The notes under the pieces are model-generated. The model was not told where the DNA came from and made no database searches. It was given only the letters and a program-made list of their open reading frames with translations. The translations under genes were made by a program, and so were the position numbers. A stretch of 63,515 bases of DNA, filler included, from Phoronis australis (Eukaryota > Animalia > Phoronida): assembly GCA_002633005.1 (NCBI GenBank). It is 7 parts of 7 records of this genome, joined end to end, with 100 filler letters (N's around TTAATTAATTAA, not from the genome) between each part and the next. Parts side by side here need not be neighbours in the genome. Positions count along the whole stretch, not along the records: positions 28,580 to 54,106 come from NMRA01001345.1; 6 more parts are not named here. One strand, written 5' to 3'. This document shows, one piece after another, positions 35,101-48,619 of the stretch (position 1 is the stretch's first letter; each line of letters starts with the position of its first letter).

Positions 35101-38100
35101 CTTTCGAGAGTCTCGCCAGGACGGAACACACTCCAGCTTCTGCTCAGTCCTCATGATTGGAAAATTCTGGGTAATATTGCTCAAATTCTTTTGGCATATA
35201 CTGTGGTCACATCTTGTGGTGTGAACACCATGTTGTGTTATTGCAGATTCCATCATGCACAGTCTGAGGTCACATCTGCTGGCATGAATACTGTTGTGTT
35301 GTTGCAGATTCCATTACACACAGTCTGAGGTCACATCTGCTGGCATGAACACTGTGTTGTGTTGTTGCAGATTCCATTACGCACAGTCTGAGGTCACATC
35401 TGCTGGCATGAACACTGTGTCGTGTTGATGGTGATGCCAATACGCACAATCTGTGGTCACTTGTCCTGGTGTGAATACCCTGTTATAACTGCAGGTGCCA
35501 ACATGCACCAGCTTTGGTTTCATGTTGTGAAAACTGTGCAGTGTTACAATTGCAGGTGCCAATACACACAAGTACTTCATGGGTTATCTCACCTTCCTTC
35601 TTGGCATGATCCTCTACTGCATACACGGATGTACAGAATGTGAGTACAAGGCGTGTGCACAGATGCAAGATACTGGCAAGTGAAGCTTGATCACACGCTT
35701 TGCTTGTAACGAATGGCGATTTCTTGGGAAGACTTATAAAGTCGCGTGATCTCGCTTCTCTTGCAGGTCTTGTTCTACGTAACGCAGCCCAGATTTCCAC
35801 AGTGCACAGAGAGACTGGTTTTGAAGAAAGAGCACTGTTAGTCCCGATGAGCGATTAAACAAATGAAGCCATCGGAGTCTTTACAATGTTCCTTATTACT
35901 GTTTAAATTTGCAATTAAAATTTGTGGATGTTGTTATTTGTCCTTATATCGCATGAAGTTGACAAGCATTTCATTACTACTCGTCTCTAATGCTATCCGT
36001 CCAACCTGATGAAATATAAATGTATAATCCATGGCTTTCTTTGTCCATTTGTAGACTGAGGTCACGCTTAACGTTACATTTCAGTTGGTTTATTACAGAA
36101 ACAAACTTGTGCATAAAGTAACTATCGAAATTAAACCATTGTACTTGTATGTTGTGGTTGTACCATCGTCATCGTTTATTTCAGATGCGAGGTGGAGGTG
36201 CACGTCCAATTTTGAGGAAGATGGGCTGTGGCTGACTGTGTGGGCGTACCTCACGTGTTGTCCGTGGGTCTGTTGGATTGGTCTTAACGCTATGGCTCAC
36301 CTGGTTTGGGTGGGCACACTCCTCGCCTGTCAGATCTACCAGGTAAGACATGGCTACACTGCAACTGGGGGTAATCCGTTCATGCAACTCCTTGTCGCAC
36401 AGGGTGTTCCAAATGTGTACTCACACTTCAAATGGCAATAACTGTCTTGTCTATGGACTTAGGTACCAAATTATTGTTTCAAATTCATAAAGAGATGATA
36501 AAAAAAGAATGTATTCTTTAAACGAAAAATTTAAGTGCATTAATGGTAGGTGTGCAAACTGTTACGAATTTTGAACATTTATTTATCTTCAAACAAATCG
36601 TTTGAAAGTGAAAATGTCTTTAAAAGTATTGGCGGTTTTGAGGCGCCAGATCGGTGACAATCAAGGCAGAAACCACCGAAACATGGCAGAAATAGTCGAG
36701 AGCGCAAGATGCGACCAGTAAAATGTACCCCGAGTACCAGCGTATAATGTTATTCACATTCATGATTGACAGACAGTTTGTGTAAGATTGAGCAATGAAA
36801 AATGCATTAACTTGACTTTGCATTGAGGGATATCATCGGCTTCGGAAGCTGTGTGAAGACGTCTAGAGCAAAATTTCGGAGACAAATATTCTGAGGAATT
36901 GTATTAGATTTAGAAAACAAAAGAAATTCATCGTGTTTCGTTATGGTAACTTCAACACTAAGAACCTGGGTACCTACAATATTGGCGTGGATCAGCGAAT
37001 TACAACGAGATGTCGAGATTTGCGGAGTATAGAGAAATCAACTGTGGCTGCAGTGCGGAATTTCAACACGAAGTTTACAAGTTATGTGCTTAATGGGTTG
37101 TTAGCCCTGGAATGGGTACACAGTTAGTGGCACATTGCATGAACGGATAAGTGCACGTTTACTAAAATTTCATCCTGGTAACGACTACTTATAACTAAGA
37201 CCGATGGGCTCAACAGCATTACAATTCATTTCAATCCGAACTGCGATATGTTCTCTTTCAGTGTCCTGTTTCCACTCATTGACTGTTGTTGGTCTTGAAA
37301 TTTTATTGCCTTTCATATGGTTTACATTTCCTTGACGTTCAGGTTTCCATTAGAATTCCGCAATAAATTTTCATCCGTTTCTTTCCCACTCCCTTGCATA
37401 AGCAGCACATCAGGGCGCACACCCCTACTTTCACAGCATGGTCGGTTGAGCTTCCCTGATGGGAGGAGCTTGTGTGGGTGGAGCTTCTTGTGAAGGTGGA
37501 AATTCTTAAGGTTAGGGACCTTCCCTGTTGAGTGCTATTTCAATGGGTGGAGCTTGTCTAGTGGGTGGAGCTTGTCTAGTGGGCAAAGCATGCTGTGTGA
37601 ACAGGTGTCATTTTCTTTCCAGCTTTGTCCATGATTCTGTTTCAGATTGCATTCATGGGTGCTACAACTAATGAACGAATGAACATCAATCGCTACTCTC
37701 ACTTCCAAGGTGAAGGTCACACTAGGCGGAGCCCATTCAGGTGAGTTGTTCCGTCACACACTGAGGATTAAACCTGCCTGATCTCTGAGGTAGCATGACT
37801 GGGCGTATAATTTCAAGTCTGTATTGAATTTCAAAAAAAGTTATTCAAGTCGGTTTTGATGTTCTTAAAATCAATCAATAAAAATTTGGCTTTAACAAGG
37901 CTGTGGTGTTCAGTGATGCAGTTTTTAAGTTTTAGGAATAGTCCAAAATAGCAAATTGAGTCACAGTGCTTAAATTTCTGATAATGGTGTTTGTTGAACT
38001 GCTGAAATGTTACCATGGTTGCTCTCGCTCGTCATGTTAATTAGAATTCTGTTAATATTACTTTTTCTCTACTCTTTCAGTCGTGGGCCGTTCCAGAACC

Positions 38101-38237
38101 TTGTCGACTTTCTGGGCTGGAGATGTCTTGGTCTGTGCCGGCCTGCCAAAGTCGACTGGAGTAAAGAGTATGACATCAGTCAGTACTACACACCACCTAA
38201 AGAGGGCGCCACCCCAAAAGGTTACCATGATGTGTAG
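29144..38237 (+). CDS. ZDHHC17: Palmitoyltransferase ZDHHC17/HIP14, 3' half (7 exons; ankyrin-coding 5' exons not in this contig)
   Basis: Exons 29144-29244, 30560-30684, 31524-31680 ([34 protein letters not shown]), 35556-35639, 36185-36342, 37646-37740 (TTNERMN), 38081-38237 (stop TAG). Phases are consistent and the frame stays open; matches the recalled ZDHHC17 motifs PLGIYxATKFWMY and CRPAKVDW. Confidence 0.93.
29245..30559 (+). other. U12-type (minor spliceosome) AT-AC intron
   Basis: 5' ATATCCTT, branch point CCTTAAC at 30543-30549, terminal AC at 30558-30559. Splicing here gives ...[12 protein letters not shown] in frame. Confidence 0.9.
30307..30460. mobile_element. ~150-bp MITE with ~38-bp terminal inverted repeats
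   Basis: TAAATCGGTAAATAAAACAACGAGAATGGATCAACTG ... CAGTTGATCCATTCTTGTTGTTTTATTTACCGATTTA; second copy at ~16792. Confidence 0.7.
32460..33710. repeat. Degenerate ~42-bp minisatellite in a ZDHHC17 intron
   Basis: Recurring TGTGCCCCTTGGACACTACAGTCAAGTAAAATT-like units. Confidence 0.7.
32704..33133. mobile_element. MITE inserted into the minisatellite
   Basis: Ends GGCCTTTCATACT ... AGTATGAAAAGGCC; the flanks rejoin as a repeat unit (GTGCCTC-TA-GACAC). Confidence 0.6.
35200..35555 (+). repeat. ~61-bp tandem repeat running into and duplicating the acceptor of ZDHHC17 exon 35556
   Basis: TTGCAGATTCCATT..CACAGTCTGAGGTCACATCTGCTGGCATGAA units; the last unit has GCAG|GTGCCAAC at 35494 versus the true GCAG|GTGCCAAT at 35555. 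Confidence 0.75.
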
Positions 38238-38547
38238 TGGTTTCTTATAGTGTGACCCAGTTGTGGCTTGAGACTTCAACAGTAGCTTAAGTGGAAAGTG
38301 TTGAAGGTTTGAAACGGAGTAACTCTGAACGAAAATCTGAGTAGCTGTGCTCAGCAACTTCTCAATGTTGTCCAGGCTGGAGTCACTTTTCTGTGAGGCG
38401 AAAATTGTTAAGTGCTGTCTCAGTTTCCTAGAATGTCCTCAGTTATTGGAAAAGGTTCAAGTAGATCATGCATGACTGCACTTTGTGAACACGTTAAGTC
38501 TGTCCTCACACAGACTGAAGCCGTACATGCTACCGAGTGAATAACTA

Positions 38548-38665
38548 AGCTGAGGAGCTAGAGACCTTACCCAGGGATCTAGCAGTGTGCACCAGTGAGA
38601 CTCCAACCCGTGACCTCGAGTAAAGGAAAAAGTAGCTTATCCCTTTAGGCCACACTGCCTCCTCA
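38548..38665 (-). mobile_element. tRNA-derived SINE head
   Basis: Minus strand: A-box-like TGGCCTAAAGGG, B-box-like GGTTGGAGTCT; homologous to 15505-15600. Confidence 0.55.
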
Positions 38666-38708
38666 AATTTCTGATTTAAGTCTTAAAGTCTCTTTTCTTG
38701 AAACATAT

Positions 38709-38778
38709 CCGAGGACTTGAAACCAGGTCGCCTAAATTGGATTCTGATGGTGAAACCACTGAGCTATACCGTCTCCTC
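38709..38778 (-). mobile_element. Second tRNA-derived SINE head
   Basis: Minus strand TAGCTCAGTGG ... GGTTTCAAGTCC (A/B-box-like); no full cloverleaf. Confidence 0.45.
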
Positions 38779-41253
38779 ATAAGACAGAACCTGTGGCTGT
38801 GAATTCAGCCACCTACTTGTGTCAGAAGTAAGAGCTGTGTGTTTCGTCTTGGATTCTTCGCGATATTCCCACCAGGGTATTGTTGTCCTTAAATATCTAT
38901 TAGATTATTGCATGGTGAGGTTGTTATTTCTTGTATCATTACCCTGAGTGGGATTTAGAAGAATTATAACCCGAGGAGTGATAGTTCCTCACAAGAGTAT
39001 AGGTACAGAAATAACTGCTGAGAACATGTAATAATCCATTTGTCCCCTATTTTGAGCATTAAACTTTACAAAATGAAAATGAAAATATTTAACTTTCATA
39101 AGTTGTACTTAATTTCGATCATCCTAATTTATGTTATGTTGTGGAACAAATCACAGCCTCGAGTGTTTTCTATAGAACATCGCAACATCCTGGTCAGGTT
39201 TTCCCGCCACATTGTTATCTCCCATGGTTACTTACCATTCAGTCTTGCATGGGGGGATAAACTATTGCTACCCTACTTGTTTCCTTGTAATATTCCAAGC
39301 TTTTGTTTACTCCGACAATCTAGGTACAAATATATGCAGTAAATCGTGCAATGCACTCTAGAAGTTGTGTCATAGATCGTGAAATGTGAATGCTTTGTTA
39401 ATGTCGAGAGATGTATATATAATGTCATGTCCAATAGTATTTATGGTATTAACAGATCTGGCTCCACGTTGCATGGCCTTCGTTGCATGTTTCATTGAAG
39501 TGTCTTGGGACTTGGGACAGAAATTCGGGTTTACTTCACAATTGCTGTTTTGTCAAGTAAACACGAGCGCATCAGAGTCTAGAAGTAATTTATCATCAGT
39601 AACTAGCAGTTGTGTGTATAGTCTCACAGACTTTGCATTTTTGACCAAGTGAGATTTGATTATTTCTTAGAAGTAGCTGTGTATGGAGTGCAGTATAAGA
39701 CCAAATTTCTGATTTAAAAGTTTAAAAGTCTTAAGTCACGTTTTGTGAAACAGGTCCCAGGCACTTGCTGTGGGGATTTGAGCTGTGTACAGGTATCCTG
39801 TGGCAGAGTTTTTGATATGAAATATAACAAAGATCTCTCCTGTCACTTTTCTTTTCTGAAAAACCACAACTACAGGGAAATTTGGTTTTGTCCCTGCTCA
39901 AAAATGTTAATAGTCACTTGCAGGTGTGCTGCATTTTGAGAACCAGTTTTCTCTTTTCAATAACGGGCATCAAACTGCTTCTAAAAATCTGTGACCTTAT
40001 TAGTGACTATCGCCATCAAAACCACTAAACATCCCAGGAAACTCAACTTGAAAAATGACCAAAGATGTGACTTTCAAATTCAGCCCATGTGATTAGTCAA
40101 TTTTCCGAGAGGAGTCCCATGTCTCTTGAACTGGGGTTTAGGAAGGACTCTGTAATCAACAAAAAGTTTCATTGTCATAGAATTATGTAAAATCAGCAAA
40201 ACTCAGAACAGTTGGTACATTTACTTAAAAAGTCAGAAATGTTACAATTAAGGATCTACCTCAGCATGGAATGTGGTGAAGTGCAGACAGGCTCTGGAAT
40301 GTGGTGAAGTGCAGACAGGCTCTTTGTGTAATGTCCACTTTTCACCTCATTCCTTGCTGAGGAACACCCTTCCTCCATAATGGTAATAAAATGTCCAGCT
40401 CCTTTAGACTTAGGATTGTTAGATGTTTGACAACAATGTATGCTGTGTAGATTTTTCGCCGGGATACTATTGTATGCCTTTAGTGGAACGGGAGACTTTC
40501 AGGAAGCAATGGGGGGTGATCGCGTGGGACCTGCGTCTCATCTAGCCACCTAACTGTACCATGAGTTACTTCGTCTCCGTGTACGGTCCCACTTGATCAG
40601 TTGCCGTTTGAATGTTGTTGTAGGTTTGTCTAAGTACACCTCGTTGATTTTTCAGTGGTACCGCAATGTAGAACTGTAGGACTGTCTTGGTGTATGAAAT
40701 TGAAACGTAATTATGGTCTCACTTTGATTCATTAACGTATATGAGATAATTTTGGCCCTGTTCCTTATGCAAAGCTGTGCCCCTGGAAATCTTATGAATA
40801 AAATTATTCGAAGGAGACAAAGAATTAATCAGAAGTTAGCAAGGAAAAAAATCCGGTTTAAAGCATCCAGTCCGTAAGCAAGACTTAGGGAGAGCTATTA
40901 ATCTAAAATAATTTCTTCAAAAATCCAAAAGCTACTTTTTATTCTGTCTTAATATTAGTAATAATAGTTTCTGTTAGGATCAAGGGGCTTATTTTCCCTA
41001 ACTCGGACATCAGACTGTCATGTCATCATTTAGGATATTTGCAGTTTATGACTTACTTTTCCTTAATAGCCTAGCAGTGCCTATTTTGTAGGACTACGCT
41101 GTTCTCAGCATGCAGTACAGGCGATGCATAAAGTGTCACCCCCTTTTTCTCATGTGTCTTGTAGTATGATTTTCCTTTTTTATGAGATCGTTGTTGTTAC
41201 ATGTATATCTTCATTGTACATATTACGTATGTATACCTGCAGCAACAAATATT

Positions 41254-41259
41254 AATAAA
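41254..41259 (+). terminator. Candidate polyadenylation signal for ZDHHC17
   Basis: AATAAA after an AT/TGTA-rich stretch, ~3 kb downstream of the stop. Inference only. Confidence 0.3.
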
Positions 41260-41715
41260 AATGAAACCAAGTATAATTTCAGATGGAAACTCTTCATTTT
41301 TGGTTCCCACTTATCGCAACATGTTTCACGAAATTTTGTGGCCAATTACGTAATTTCATGATCAGCACAGGCATGCATGCGCGTCCGTATAATTGATTCG
41401 TTGGCGAAATGGAAATGTGTTGTAAAGCGCACTCACGGCGGAAAATGAGTGTTTTCAATTTTGGGTGTTTACGCAACATGCTTCCTCCTTTGCAGTAATT
41501 TTGGGCAAGGAAATAGGGGTTACACGAGCTGTACTTCTGATAGAGACCAGTCAACAGATGCTTGACTGGTATTCGCCTGGTGCTGAAGGCCGATGTCTCG
41601 CTCACAGACTGAACAGCTTGCAGCCTGATCGTAGTTTGATCTATGGTAACAGAAGCGTTCTAGTAATGCTGAGCTTGCTAACAAAATGTTAATACCAAAG
41701 TGCCCGTCATGTCCA

Positions 41716-44700
41716 TTAATCACCCTTCAATGCAGTGTTGAAAATTATTGTCTCAAAAGCTGAGCCTAAGGATATACCTGAAATGAAAAACATGATTGTC
41801 AACACATCTGATACAAAAACGAAAACAATCATCACATCTCAAATATGTTCATTCCCATGCGCTGATTTTGTTTTTGTACGATCTTGGCTAAGACTGTCGT
41901 AACTTTAATTTGCACTCAGTGCACTGACCAAGCTCATAAATTGGACAGTAGATAATTAGAACTTTCTGCGTATAGGAAACAATGGTCTTTATTATTCGTG
42001 CGGTCTTATAGCTCAGAATGTTTTGACTTTAATTTGCGCTCAGTTCACTAACGAGGATCATAAATTAGGCTGTAGTTCATTTGCTCTTGCTTATGAAACG
42101 AGGGTCTATTGTTGTGTGCCAATGTCGAGTTCACCATGATTAACGCGAGTGTGTTTCTAGTGCAAGTTCCACTTAATGACCCCAGATTTAAGTTACTTAA
42201 ACTTGACTGTAAAAACTTAGATTTCGAGTAAATACTCGAGATTTCGAATTCAGACTCGAACTTAAAACTTAAGTGCTGGAATCCAAGTGCCGCTACACAT
42301 TTACCCACATAAACCGTAATGTACTCGGGCACAGACTACTAGACACTTGCGTTGAGTTCGCGTAAAAGTGAATGGAGAATATCAAAATAATTTCCAGTTC
42401 AAAGATAAGACGCCGGAGCCAAGCTTAGCAAAGTTGCTAGTGACGTGTCGTTTGATGCTCCGTAGTCTCGGGCAATAACGAATTGTCGGTTCTTTTCAAG
42501 CCAAGACTGAAAAACAGTTTACCTCCGAGTACCAGTAGGAAGAAGTCACCAGTTAGCGATAACTAGTATGACGCTCTTTCCTTGGCGACAACGTGAGTTG
42601 ATTACAGTTTTTCCTAATTACCTATCGTGATGAACAATCCTGCTATGTTGACGCAGATTTCACGATCTTCAGCAGGAAACCTGTTGTCGTTGAGTATTGT
42701 GTAAAAAATATTGACGTAGCTAGCACCGCCCAGGAGGCCGACGAATACCATGTATGCCGGAAGAATGTAGACGGGTACGAACTTGTACTAGAAAATGTCA
42801 ATAGAATTGTTATTAAACAATTCCAATCTTGGAGAGGTTGGCCGACTCGGGGCAGGGTATTTGGAGACTGCTTTACTTGCTAGTGCTGTTGGGGGATCGG
42901 TTTCAAATTTCAGTTATGATTGGAAAGATTTGATACATATTTTGTGAGCAATGTGGGGCGGTAACCGTATTTATGTATTTTAGTACACGTTTTAGGTGAT
43001 GTATACATAAAGGAAATCCTTTAAGAATTTGAATGAAATAATTTTAAAATTCCAAAGGAGGCTGAAATCATCACGCATCTGCCTAAGTCCTGTTGTGAAA
43101 ATGAGAGCCCTGTACCCTGGATGCCCATATTTCATTCCATAACAGTCAATTTCGTGACCTTCCTTAAAACTAAACCAAACAACATGATTTTCTTTCAAAG
43201 GCAATTGAATCCAAAATAATCGTTTTTGCAAGTTTTTTACAAAATATGTTATGCCTCTATGAAAATCACGTCGGCTTCCATTCGAAAAATCACGATGCTT
43301 AATCAAGGGATCACGCGGCTCCCATGTTTGGACGAGCTGATTCTAGCGCATGGAGTATGTTTCTGTATTCATACAAGCACTTAAAAAGTACTGTTTCGTG
43401 GTCTGGGAATTAGAGGTGAAAAGGAAATTTCGAAAATCAATTTCATTTGCTAACGAACGAATGTCTTTGTGTTATAAAAAGTCAGCGAAGTCAGCCTTTA
43501 GTAGGGTGGAACTCATGCAATTAAAGACGTTATGTTGCTGGTGGTTCTGTATTCACCAGCAAAGTGCAATCTTATAAAATATGTACTACGTTAACTTCGT
43601 CGGTATAGGCCTATTATGAAATTGACTTCACCAACTCTCGACCATTATCTTTCCCTGAACTTACCTGTACATCGAATAACCACACCACCATGTTAACGAG
43701 CTGTAGAATTGATAAGATCTCTACTCTTTTGATTTGGATGAGCTGGACTGACGAGCGAGACGCAAATACACCTGCCTGTAACAGGTGTGAATTGAAATTG
43801 TCACTGCAATTGTTTTGGAAATGTTCACATTACCTCCAGATGGCACTGGGGTACCGNATTTGCAAATCTGCCAAGAAACAGCCTGCGAACAGCAAAAGAA
43901 ATTTAGAGGTCATTGTTGATGTTTGTGCCGGCAAAACACAACATGTCCGATGATTCAAAGCCGGATGTGTTGCTAGATGACGTGATGTGGCATCAAAACT
44001 GGATTGTTCACTTGCATACTTTGGTGGCGCTGCAAAAATGATTGTTGTGCATCGTTGCTTAAGACACAATGCCTCGTTTTAACATCAGTTTTAACAACGC
44101 AAACACGAAAGTGCGCGTGTTCCAAACGTGCGGAACCTTAGTTTGGACACAACACCTCGTTTTCAAGCATAATGGCGAATTCGTACAAGTAGTGAAACTT
44201 AATCTTTTGCGTTTTGATATTTGAACCAATAGAGTTATGTTCCTTGACAAGTAAAACGAAACAGAACATGTAAAACAGACAGAAAGTATGCAGAGTGAAG
44301 TCTTTGATACCCTAGAACACGGTATTCCTGAGGTACTCGCTTAAGTTTTAAAGTTATCGAAATACAATTCTCGATACCGACAGTCAAGACTTCCAAATGA
44401 ACACGGGCACAGTATGGAACACTCAATTTCTCTTATTATCGGATAACGATTCTTGGTTTCAAACATGCTTCATATCCAGCAAAAGACAATGGGCCCTCAG
44501 CTACTGACAAGGTGCGTATTCTGTGGAAATTTATGATAAAAAAATTAAATACGTCCAACATTGTAAAAAAAAACCGCTGGTGCACGCACATGCATGATAG
44601 AGCAACATATGCTTGACGAATTTTTTGCCAAATACAAAGCACTTTCAATGCTTTGGGTTTTATTCTTTTACCTGATAACAAAACTGCAAAGCTGCGTATA

Positions 44701-47700
44701 GTTCGGGGCAACCTATATTGTACTCGGAACTGGGCCTCACTTTTGCGGCGCAGGCACGAGCCACGTACTCGAACATGTAGACTGCCGACAGCTAAAACGG
44801 AAACAGATTTTCTTAAAGATCAACTGCTTATAACTAAAACATTTTAATTTCAAAATGAAACGACTGGAATGAATTTTTAAAGGGAAAATTCGATCCTGCT
44901 TAAGACGGTTACAAACCTGCATTCCCGCGTAACGAACGATTTTTGATTTAGGTCGCTTACCGTTATGAAATTGATCTCAAATTTTCCTTGGGTGTGATTT
45001 CATGCATTGTAGCTTCGAAAGAAATGTCATTTTGTTATTGTTTGCCACCGCGAGTCGTTTTATGCACAGAACATGGTCATAAGAAAAAAATTTGTCAGTT
45101 CTTTGCAAATATCACTTCTCACCTGAGTAAGAAACAAGATGTCATCAATTGTATTTCCGGAAGATGTCTGAATCAACAGCTCTTTTCTTGGACTGAGCGC
45201 GGGTTTACTCCTCCAAAGTAAGAAAAAAGTAGGTTTGTTAACTGTGACAAAGTGATCTCGAAATTTCTATCAAAGGGATTGGGAGATCACGATATAAATG
45301 AGTCCAGTTTTGGAAACTAGAAACCATAGTTTGTTGTGGTAGAATTGAGACGGTGTGGTTTATTAACCCTATGCCAAAACCTCTAACGCAGTTTACAATA
45401 GATGCCGTTCGAGAGAGTCTCCATATTTCACTACCAGATCAGACAGTCATGCAGGCTGATCGACAGCTTGTAGAGCTGTTTTCGTTCTTTGCACTCGTTC
45501 CTATAAACAAATGAAAGTTGTGTATGGTGACGTCACCATGGTTTGCAACCAGTGATCGACTTCCTCATCATGCCGGAAGACGTGTTATCAGGGGTGCGTT
45601 CCGTAGGCGCAAGGCACTCGCAAACAGGCAGATACTAAACGGCTCCAAACTATTCTGGCTTGACGTAGAGCAACTTAGCATCCTAGGTTGGCCCTCCCAA
45701 CAAGCACACGGATTGATCCCTTCAACACAATGGTGTGTTGGTGTTGTAAAGCACAGGGTGATGGGGCGCGTCTAGTTCACTTTCGTTTGTATATCTGCTT
45801 TTGTGCACCTTGCACTCTGTAAAGTGCCGCTGGCTAGCACAAGCGAAAGGAAAAGGAAGCCTTCCCTGCCAGTACACAGCCTCTCCCTCACCAAGACTTC
45901 TATGTTTCACCTCTCCGTGGTAACACACATAAACTGGATACCCTTGCGGCTCCAGGCTACTTGCATGGAGGATCTTGGAGCAGGTTGGAGCCCTAAAGGT
46001 GCAGTGTGCATGACCCACCGGCGTGTGGACACGCTCTGGCACTCTCCATTCCAACCCCCAGCTATGGATTAAATAGTGTTGGATGTCAGTAATCAACGGC
46101 GGAAGAAAGTTACATACCATACTTCAATGGCGAAGGACGTAGGAGGAGTCACACTCCCACCGGCAAGCTGACAATTTTTAAAAGGGCGTGAGCTGCCCGC
46201 CCGGCAGAAACGCACCGAGAAGTAGCGGCTTTCGGCGATCAGGTTATAACCTCTCTTTATGGCCGTAAACCGAGAGGGCCATGCGTCGCGAGTGGCAGTG
46301 GGAGAAACTATTTAGTTCATTGGGAGGTTCCGCCCGCTCTAAATTAGGCAGCCCCTGGTCAGTAAGGATCCTCCCCGGCTCGTCTGTAACCACGACTGAG
46401 CCATCAGGGTTATTTAGGACGTTAAACTAGCGACTTACGTTATCAGTACAGCGCGGTAATAAATACGCAGCGACTGGATTCCAGATCGCACAACACAAAA
46501 ACGAGAATTTCATGTTCACCCTGGGATATTTGGGAGACTTGATACCTCAAGTCGCTGAAGTTACCTATCTAGGAATTAAAATGGATCGAAGAATGACGAT
46601 GAACTCCCATGTCAAATTCCTAGCTGAGGTGCCAAGAGCCTGTCACTGTTGAGATATGCAGCAGCCCAGCAGATCCAGCCTGGTGCACCTCATGAATGCA
46701 ACTGTCGGCGCAAGAACTGAGCATGGGCTCCATCTATGCCTATGTGCCTCCCAACAGTCAATGACCAAACTACAGAGGATTCAAAACCAGGATAGTAACC
46801 AGTGCAGCTAGACCCACTCTGATAGACAGTCTCCAATACTGATTAGGTATCAATAGCATCCGTACTAAACAGAAGACACTAGCAGCCCAAACATTTCTAA
46901 AGGCAGCTACAACCAACTCACATCCTCTGTACCTGGACTTGAGAGAGCATAGTGATGAGCACACTGCACAAAGGCTGAAAATTGTTCAATCATGGGTTAA
47001 CGGAGCTAGGGAGCTTGTCGAAAAGGTATGTCCAGTGGAGAACATCAACAGGATAGAGTGGTCCAAAGCCACAAACTTTGTCATCAACAGCATGGAGATT
47101 GGAGGCCGTCATTGGTGGGAAAGAGCTAACTGTATCAATCAAGCAACTGTATCGGAATGGCTTGAAGAACAATCTCCCACAATCATTGTTGCAACGGACG
47201 GCTCACTAAGAGATGACACTACGGCTTGGGTAGCAGTTGCTTGGACTCGCGAGGGTCAACGCCTCTTCGAATGGTCAACAGTACGGGTTGGAAAATCCTC
47301 GTCTTTTAGAGCTGAATGTGAAGCATATGAAGACGCCCTAGTCTGGCTCTCACAGAACACAAAACCTGCAGACAGATCATTTCTACTCACAAACTCCCTC
47401 AGCCTCATTAACAGGTTAAAAACTGGTCATGTGAAAGATTCCTGGATCCCTCTGTTCAGCTCTATTAATGGTCTCTTCACCAGTGTTTATATACCAGGAC
47501 ACTGTGGCATCTCATTCAACGTCAAGCCAGATTAGCTTGCAGGCATCGCAGAACCGATTGCCCACCTGCTCCTCACACCAGCAGATGTAATCTCCAGAGT
47601 GCGTGAATCGCTTACAGATGCCGAGATTGTACAACAGCAGGAGAGATGGGCAACAAAGCGCCTCATAGAGCGAGGATGGCAATACGGAGATGCAGCAAAA

Positions 47701-48619
47701 ACTCGTATCAAACTTACACTGCGTGCGATACTGGAACGAGGAGGGCCAGAGACTATCCCGGTGCCTACCCTCTGACGTCACCACAAAAACAGAAACGGAA
47801 ACACAATGGTTGTCTTGACTTTTACGGTGATGTTCTCTTGGCAACGGCAGCATGATTATAAACTCACTCTCCGAGTACAGTGCGCTGGTAGTTAGCTCTT
47901 AGTAAATACGTAGCACTGATTGGAACCCTTATATTTGCATTCATATTATACTGCTTACTGGATACTTAGAATAATTCTTTATGAATGAGGAATACCACCG
48001 GCATAATAACATATTAACTACACTTTTTATTTTTGAAGTAACGACACCTACCAGCCCCGCCAAGTCAGGCATAATTTTTCCAAAATAAGGGAGTCGAAAC
48101 AATCAGGAACTCGACTGTATTTTCAGTTTATACGAAGCCAACTACGTTTTGATAGCCGTAGCGAAGTGCTTCGCCAGTAGGCTCGGTGCGCAACAAAATG
48201 GCGGCCACTGAAGTAACTGGAAGGCGAGGCTGGAATATTTTGAATTCTGAAATAGAATTCACACTCTTTGTCCCAAAAGTGGAATTTCTCTTCGCAAGTG
48301 CCTCGTAAGTGTCTCGCGTTTAAGGGACGGTCCTGTTTAAGGTATCCACACACTAGAGCGCGAAAAAAATCGGAAGAGAGCATTGCAACATCCTCGAAGG
48401 ACCGGAAAACTGGAGGTGCTCTTGAAGTTCAGTGTCCGGACTACAGTATTTCAAAGTACGGAATCGTTTTTCGTTTTTTACAACTTCTTGAAGACGTACT
48501 TACGTTGATGGACAACCAGAACACCATCTTGAAGCACCGCCAATACTTCTGAGTCTTTGTTTCGTGGTCTTGCTGACTTGACCTACTTGAGTCTACTTTG
48601 TCAAAGATGCTGTTGGAAT
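41716..48619 (-). CDS. CLN3: CLN3/battenin-like membrane protein, last five exons
   Basis: Exons 48619-48504 (KYWRCFKMVFWLSIN), 44791-44672 (LSAVYMFEY...LYAALQFCYQ), 43775-43665 (AGVFASRSSVQL...), 42787-42622 (FVGLLGGASYVNIF...DREIC), 41777-41716 (GISLGSAF...GD*). All GT-AG and in phase; YQAGVFxSRSS and GLLGGAxYVN are CLN3-family hallmarks. Orthologue versus paralogue not determined. Confidence 0.88.
45520..47865 (+). mobile_element. Internally deleted RNase H-bearing non-LTR retrotransposon (Ingi/I-group-like) in a CLN3 intron
   Basis: RT C-terminus EVTYLGIKMDRRMTMNSHV at ~46555; RNase H (ATDGS...SSFRAECEA...TNSLS...IPGHCGI) in ORF 46939-47535. The GC-richer block 45520-46450 resembles an RTE/Ingi-type 5' UTR; that boundary is uncertain. 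Confidence 0.7.

Noticed and set aside
38709-38778. tRNA gene
   Set aside because: Has A/B-box-like motifs but no complete cloverleaf; treated as a SINE head.
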